Below are positions 58,791 through 64,000 of a DNA stretch of 64,000 bases, piece after piece. Position 1 is the stretch's first letter. Each line of letters begins with the position of its first letter. Source of the DNA: an uncultured virus (IMG/VR IMGVR_UViG_3300025009_000077) (taxonomy: Duplodnaviria; Heunggongvirae; Uroviricota; Caudoviricetes); IMG/VR virus record IMGVR_UViG_3300025009_000077, positions 1 to 64,000 of that record; one strand, given 5' to 3'. Position numbers and translations under genes: made by a program. Under the pieces are notes generated by a model that saw nothing but the letters and a program-made list of their open reading frames with translations, was not told the origin of the DNA and did no database searches.

Positions 58791-58806
58791 GTTATATTAT
58801 ATATAG
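58791..58806 (+). promoter_or_regulatory. late promoter motif variant within the replication block
   Basis: GTTATATTATATATAG. Confidence 0.6.
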
Positions 58807-58828
58807 ATAAAACGGAAGAGGGAAGACG

Positions 58829-60163
58829 ATGGAAAAATTTGAAAAGCTTTTTGAGTTATTGTATCAAGGGTGTATCTCAGAAGGTAAATACAGGGGAAGA
58901 AGTTACTGGAGAAAAAGAATAAGAGAAGTATCTAATGAGTACACAACTAATGATATTAATATGTTCTTTAGTTCGGAATATAGAGATAAATTAGTATTAG
59001 AATTATCTAAGTCAGATATATATCCTTCTGATTTGTCTAAGCAGAAACAACAAGAATTAAAAGAGGATGTAGAGAAAGAAGTAGATGAGGATGTTTTAAT
59101 TGCTAACATTCAATTAAGACGTAAGGTTCAAAAGCTTCAAGATATTAATAGAATAGAACGTAAGGGGCTTAGACACGAAGATAGATTAACTAACGCTTTA
59201 GAGGAATCTAATTTAGAATTAATACAGTTATTGAAAAGTATTAATCTTTCAGAGAAAACAATTAAACATACTAACGTAAGCTCAGATTGTATGGGTATCA
59301 TTCAACTATCTGATTTACATTTTAACGAGTTAATCAATTTAAAGAATAATAAATATGATTTTCATATAGCTTCTAAGAGATTAAAGTTGTTAGCAGATAG
59401 AGCAGTTAGCTATTTTAAATTAAACGGTATTAAAAGTGTTGCTGTCTGTTCTACGGGGGATTTACTCAACAAAGACGATATCCTAGATAAGTTATTAAAC
59501 AATGCTACTAATAGAATGAAGGCTTGTTTACTTGCTACAAGTTTGTTGTCCCAATTTATCTTGGACTTAAATAAAGATTTTAAAATTACTTTTTGCGGTG
59601 TAACGGGTAATGAAACTAGAATGGCTAAAGATATTGCATGGACAGATATTATAGCTTCTGACAATTATGATTTGATGTTATATAATATGCTTAACGCTAG
59701 ATTCATGGGTTCTCCGTCAGTGTCTTTTCATTTAGAAGACCCACTAGAACAAGTCATAGATGTTGCAGGTAACAATGTTTTGTTAATTCACGGGCATCAA
59801 TTTAAATCTGATTTAGCTAACGGAATCAAGAAGGCTGTAGCGAAGTATGCTTATGATGGAATTTTTATTGACTATGTGCTTAGTGGACATTTACATGAAG
59901 CTTGTGTGTCTGATAATTATAGTAGGTCGGCTAGTATGTGTGGTCAGAATGCTTACTCCGATAGAGGATTACAATTATCGGGAAGAGCTTCTCAGAATAT
60001 AGGAATTTTCTATAAGAATAAGAACAGGGATATAATTAAGGTGGATTTACAAAATTACGGAGACGTAGTTGGTTACGATGTTACTAAAGAGATAGAAGCG
60101 TACAATGCTAAGAGCCACGATAAACTTTGTGATAATAAAACTATTATTAAAGTTGTTATATAA
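58829..60163 (+). CDS. calcineurin-like metallophosphoesterase
   Basis: SDLH, GD, GNE, HGH, GHLH. Confidence 0.8.
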   Translation: MEKFEKLFELLYQGCISEGKYRGRSYWRKRIREVSNEYTTNDINMFFSSEYRDKLVLELSKSDIYPSDLSKQKQQELKEDVEKEVDEDVLIANIQLRRKVQKLQDINRIERKGLRHEDRLTNALEESNLELIQLLKSINLSEKTIKHTNVSSDCMGIIQLSDLHFNELINLKNNKYDFHIASKRLKLLADRAVSYFKLNGIKSVAVCSTGDLLNKDDILDKLLNNATNRMKACLLATSLLSQFILDLNKDFKITFCGVTGNETRMAKDIAWTDIIASDNYDLMLYNMLNARFMGSPSVSFHLEDPLEQVIDVAGNNVLLIHGHQFKSDLANGIKKAVAKYAYDGIFIDYVLSGHLHEACVSDNYSRSASMCGQNAYSDRGLQLSGRASQNIGIFYKNKNRDIIKVDLQNYGDVVGYDVTKEIEAYNAKSHDKLCDNKTIIKVVI

Positions 60164-60169
60164 TTTAAA

Positions 60170-60198
60170 TTGACATATCTTAAATATTGTGATATAAT
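60170..60198 (+). promoter_or_regulatory. sigma70-type promoter
   Basis: TTGACA-N17-TATAAT with TG. Confidence 0.8.
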
Positions 60199-60226
60199 GG
60201 ATTAAGAATGATATAAAGGAGAAGGG

Positions 60227-60814
60227 ATGTATCTGTTTTTATCCACGGCTACTACTGGATTGAATTCAGAGTATGACGATATAATAAAATTATGTTATAG
60301 AGTAGAACACAATAATGCTATAGTAGACCAGAATACATTTCATATTAAGCCCAGACGAGGTAGACTTCCTTCCACTATAGCTAAAGAAGCTTTAGATTTT
60401 AATGGAATAGACATAGATACTCTTAGAGGTTATGGAAATCCAGAAGAAGCTTGTTATAAGTTCATATCTACTCTTAAAGAAGTTACCAATAAAGGAAAAG
60501 ATAAATTGACTGTCGTGGGGCATAATATTAAATTCGATTTAGAATTTCTTAATAACTTTATAAAATTATATACGGAGTATAATCTATATAGTTATATTAA
60601 GTTTGGAGGGTATGACTTACTTTACATAGCTCCATTAATAGAGAATGCTACTAGAGAATCTTATAGGGATTATAAATTTGCTACTCTGTGCAAAACATTT
60701 TCATTACACTACGACTCGAAAGATATAGAGTCGAAGACAGAGAATATTAGAAATTTATTTGATGTTTTCAATAAAATAGTAGGTTATAATAGTTCAGTGG
60801 GGGATTTTTCATGA
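60227..60814 (+). CDS. DnaQ/DEDDh exonuclease-fold protein, catalytic residues substituted
   Basis: LSTATTGL (cf. D.ETTGL), GHNIKFD. Confidence 0.7.
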   Translation: MYLFLSTATTGLNSEYDDIIKLCYRVEHNNAIVDQNTFHIKPRRGRLPSTIAKEALDFNGIDIDTLRGYGNPEEACYKFISTLKEVTNKGKDKLTVVGHNIKFDLEFLNNFIKLYTEYNLYSYIKFGGYDLLYIAPLIENATRESYRDYKFATLCKTFSLHYDSKDIESKTENIRNLFDVFNKIVGYNSSVGDFS

Positions 60815-61620
60815 CTTGTGTAGTAGGGATACGGACTGAGGATTATGTATACTTAGGAACTGATAGTTTTGGTTCTAATAGTTTTACTGGAGCTAAGATA
60901 AATTATCCGAGAAAAGTTTTTCAAGTAGGAGATTTTATCATAGGAGTTTGTGGAAGTTTTAGGATGATACAGATATTAACTCACAAGTTAGTTGTAGTTC
61001 CTAGATTTATTGACCAAGATATATATGAGTATGTATATACTTCTTTTTATGATTCACTTATTAATTGTTTAAGACAAGAGAAATTTCTCATAGATGTGAA
61101 TGGTGTAGAACTTATGGGAGGAGGCAGTGAACTCATTGTAGGTATAGAGAATAAGTTATTTGTAGTTCAAACAGACTTATCTATATTAGAACCTGCTGAT
61201 AATTTTGTTTGTATAGGCTCTGGAGAATATCACTCCCAAGCTATCTTAGAATCATTACAGGATACGAAGTTGTCTCCTGCTGAGAAGATACTTAAGGCTA
61301 TTCAGAAAACAAGTAAGTATGTTGTATCTGTAAATGAAGATGTATATATAATGACCAATGATGAAGATGCAGTTACGACAGATTCTTTAAAAGATTTAGA
61401 AGATGATGAGACGGAAGAAGAGAAACCCAAAAAGAAAAGAAAAAGTAAGAAGCAGAAAGAACAAGAAGCTTTAGCTGAAGAAGTTAGATTAGCTTTAGAA
61501 GAGCAGACAAGAAGAGACTTAGAAGAGAAAAAAGAACTTCAAAGGGATAAACGTATTAAGAAAAAACTTGAGAAGTTAATAAATCCCGAAGAGGATTCTC
61601 AAGAGGGTACTCCAGATTAA
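60811..61620 (+). CDS. Ntn-hydrolase, proteasome beta/HslV-like protease with charged tail
   Basis: N-terminal MTCVVG, GTDS, K, IGSG. Confidence 0.75.
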   Translation: MTCVVGIRTEDYVYLGTDSFGSNSFTGAKINYPRKVFQVGDFIIGVCGSFRMIQILTHKLVVVPRFIDQDIYEYVYTSFYDSLINCLRQEKFLIDVNGVELMGGGSELIVGIENKLFVVQTDLSILEPADNFVCIGSGEYHSQAILESLQDTKLSPAEKILKAIQKTSKYVVSVNEDVYIMTNDEDAVTTDSLKDLEDDETEEEKPKKKRKSKKQKEQEALAEEVRLALEEQTRRDLEEKKELQRDKRIKKKLEKLINPEEDSQEGTPD

Positions 61621-61631
61621 CGGAGGGGATT

Positions 61632-62891
61632 ATGAAAAAGGAGGAAATATTACAACATTTCAAGGTACGAGGTATTCCTATACCATCTAATCCTAAGACT
61701 ACCAACAAAGAGCTTGAAAAAATATTGGGAATAGATTACTATAATAAGTATCCTAAAGTTCAAACATGGGGGATGTATAAACGATTGTTTGAATTACATA
61801 CTCCACAACTATGTTTTTCTTTTAAAGAACTTAAACCAGAGGAACAAAAACACCTCTTGACATCAGAGGACTGGTTGGGCGAGGTTAAGATTGATGGATG
61901 CCGTGTTATAATAACTTATCACCCCGACTGGGGATTTGAGTTTTTCTCTAGGGATATATCAGATATAACTTTTCTACCTAATTGTTATACGGAAAAAATA
62001 TTATTAATAACTAAAGATGGTAAAGTTAGAACCCCCCAGAGTTATAGAGGGGTGTTCAAACAATCTTTTATCTTGGATGCTGAGGTTTTAGTATCTAATA
62101 AAACTTTAGATACTACTTCAAGGGGCGGAACATTCTCAGCTACTGAGTTGAATGCCACTGTTTCTATCTTAGGTTCCCATGCAGAAAGAGCTATAGAGAT
62201 TCAGATGGATGGGAATCCTTTGAAGTTTTGTGTGTTTGATATGTTGGAGTTTGATAACCAAGACCTTAAACCTAAAACACTCAGACAACGCAGACAACTA
62301 TTAACTAGCTTTATGAAAAAGATTGAAGGGATAACTCCTTTTGAGTTACCAGAAAGTACTATAATAAATAAACAAGAATTCTTTGATGGGATAGTAGCTA
62401 ACGGGGGAGAAGGGATAGTACTAAAGAATCTTAACGAGCAATACTATGCTACTACTTCTCGTAAGAGACATGTTCAAGTTAAGATGAAGAGAACACTATC
62501 TGGAAGTAAGAATGAAGATATAGATTGTTTTATCTCAGGTTCCATACTTCCTAAAAAGAATTCAGCCCTAGCAGTACAGAATTTAATAGGAGGCATCAAA
62601 GTTTCTTGTTATGTTGAGGAAGAAGATGAATCTTTAACTGAACAATGGATTGGAACTATCTCTGGAATAACTGATTCTTTGAGAAGAAAGATGACAGTAA
62701 TAGATGAACAAGGTAATCCTACATTGAATACTGAATACCTAGGATTGGTATTAGCTTGTGAGGGTCAGGATTTTAGCTCAAAAAATAATAGAATGTCCCA
62801 TTGCAGGGCTATGGATTGGAACTTTAGGATTGATAAGAAGCCAGACGATTGTATAATTACTCGAGAATTTATAAACAGCATGATTTTGTAG
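61632..62891 (+). CDS. ATP-dependent DNA ligase
   Basis: KIDGCR, LDAE, VFD, EGIVLK, K.K, FR.DK. Confidence 0.88.
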   Translation: MKKEEILQHFKVRGIPIPSNPKTTNKELEKILGIDYYNKYPKVQTWGMYKRLFELHTPQLCFSFKELKPEEQKHLLTSEDWLGEVKIDGCRVIITYHPDWGFEFFSRDISDITFLPNCYTEKILLITKDGKVRTPQSYRGVFKQSFILDAEVLVSNKTLDTTSRGGTFSATELNATVSILGSHAERAIEIQMDGNPLKFCVFDMLEFDNQDLKPKTLRQRRQLLTSFMKKIEGITPFELPESTIINKQEFFDGIVANGGEGIVLKNLNEQYYATTSRKRHVQVKMKRTLSGSKNEDIDCFISGSILPKKNSALAVQNLIGGIKVSCYVEEEDESLTEQWIGTISGITDSLRRKMTVIDEQGNPTLNTEYLGLVLACEGQDFSSKNNRMSHCRAMDWNFRIDKKPDDCIITREFINSMIL

Positions 62892-62920
62892 TTGACATTT
62901 ATTTACATTAATGATATAAT
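62892..62920 (+). promoter_or_regulatory. sigma70-type promoter
   Basis: TTGACA-N17-TATAAT with TG. Confidence 0.8.
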
Positions 62921-62931
62921 GTATTATAAGG

Positions 62932-63372
62932 ATGGGTTTTATTATGGACATGATAAATATTTCTAGTAAGTACGATTCATTAATAAATAATTATATGTTA
63001 GGTATCCAATCCAAAGAAGATGTTATACTTGAAGTAGAACATAAATTTGGAGAACATTCTTGGTTAGATATATCTTATTTGCCTAATTTACCAGAGAAGT
63101 TTATAAATTCTTTTAAAGACTATTTAACTTGGGACGGTATCTCTACTAACCCTAATTTGGGAAAAGAATTTATAATGGACAATATAAGTAATCTTAATTT
63201 AAATAATTTACTCATAACTTCTAAGTTGGACATAGGAATTATATTATCTATAATATCTTCAACGAGAAGTAAAGAATTAAAAAACAGATATTACTCCTTG
63301 ATACTTGCTTACCAGAATTTGGGAGAGGAAGATTTAGGTAGAGTAAAATTTTTAAAGGAGATTTGTGAATGA
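62932..63372 (+). CDS. hypothetical protein with W..IS...NL...FI repeats
   Basis: Two short Trp repeats. Confidence 0.55.
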   Translation: MGFIMDMINISSKYDSLINNYMLGIQSKEDVILEVEHKFGEHSWLDISYLPNLPEKFINSFKDYLTWDGISTNPNLGKEFIMDNISNLNLNNLLITSKLDIGIILSIISSTRSKELKNRYYSLILAYQNLGEEDLGRVKFLKEICE

Positions 63373-63761
63373 GTTGGGAAGGAATATCTAGGCTAAGGAC
63401 AGACTTAGGAAATAGTATAAATGTATTCAAGACTGTGTTAGCGGATAACAGAGACGACTTAGAAAATTTAAACTTGTCTATAACAGAGTATGAAAGTAGG
63501 ATAAATGTTAGCTTAGAGCTACAATATAATGCTAGTTACATTGTTTCCATTCTATACAATTTGTCCAGTCTTATTAAGGATAAAGTAAAAAAAGGAGGAA
63601 CTGTATCAGAACAAGTTCAATCCAAGAAAGCTTATGAGGAAGTTAATTCCATGTTAGAAGAATATAAGAACCATGTATATACTTTTTCTCAAAGGGCTAG
63701 AACCTTGGCGGACTTGTTAAAAATTAAACAAATGGCAAATCCTGATACACGCAGGTATTAG
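63369..63761 (+). CDS. coiled-coil hypothetical protein
   Basis: ATGA overlap, AGGAG RBS. Confidence 0.6.
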   Translation: MSWEGISRLRTDLGNSINVFKTVLADNRDDLENLNLSITEYESRINVSLELQYNASYIVSILYNLSSLIKDKVKKGGTVSEQVQSKKAYEEVNSMLEEYKNHVYTFSQRARTLADLLKIKQMANPDTRRY

Positions 63762-63763
63762 AC

Positions 63764-64000
63764 TTGAAAGCTGATGATTTATATACAGGTATATGCAATG
63801 ACCTAGCTGAGTTAGGAATATATTTAAATAAGAGAGATGTTCACTTACTATTGTATATAATTTTAAAGAACATGAAGGAGGTTTGTAGAAATACAGATAG
63901 GTTATATTTATCTAAGTATAAAAAGATAAGTGCTTCATTAGTCAAAGGGAACATAGAAATAAATATTTGTGATGACTATATTCCTAAAAGCAAAACATTA
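63764..64000 (+). CDS. partial ORF running off the window, weak HU/IHF-like pattern
   Basis: TTG start, frame open to the end: LKADDLY..I...L....NKRDV... Confidence 0.35.
   Translation, partial: MKADDLYTGICNDLAELGIYLNKRDVHLLLYIILKNMKEVCRNTDRLYLSKYKKISASLVKGNIEINICDDYIPKSKTL

Noticed and set aside
1225..63430. Numerous short minus-strand ORFs in the track (e.g. 17658-18188, 19515-19844, 22529-22825)
   Set aside because: Antisense shadows of well-supported + strand genes
1..64000. Stop-codon reassignment
   Set aside because: Core genes are full length in the standard code, and TAA, TAG and TGA all end genes
1..64000. tRNA, tmRNA or rRNA genes
   Set aside because: No cloverleaf or T-loop pattern noticed in intergenic gaps; a tRNAscan/ARAGORN run would confirm

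Overview
About 64 kb of an AT-rich, almost entirely + strand, densely coding region of a large T4-like myophage genome; the host cannot be determined from this window. It holds an early accessory block (vWA/MoxR pair, GGCT-like, DenV-like), a TOPRIM primase and a gp55-like sigma factor. It also holds a near-complete head module (terminase, portal, protease-scaffold fusion, gp23-like capsid), a contractile tail and baseplate module, an M15 endolysin, and a replication block (5'-3' exonuclease, dNMP kinase, SNF2, DnaB, PolA, ligase). Two promoter classes are readable from the DNA: sigma70/sigmaA-type TTGACA-N17-TATAAT sites and a phage late motif TTTATATTATAnnTAG, found by eye in about 20 copies. 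The most notable observations are: (1) a family of unrelated cargo proteins (ART-like, SAM-lyase/DUF3293-like, phosphoesterase) sharing a candidate capsid-targeting leader ending in [ILV]xE; (2) a ~65-nt minus-strand late small RNA candidate with an anti-Shine-Dalgarno loop; (3) a promoter-driven structured non-coding region bracketed by perfect 62-bp direct repeats; (4) hairpins enclosing late promoters that occlude RBSs; (5) a candidate +1 frameshift before the tape-measure-like gene; (6) a split primase; (7) accessory domains shared between virion proteins. All functional calls come from motif recognition and synteny; no database searches were run.
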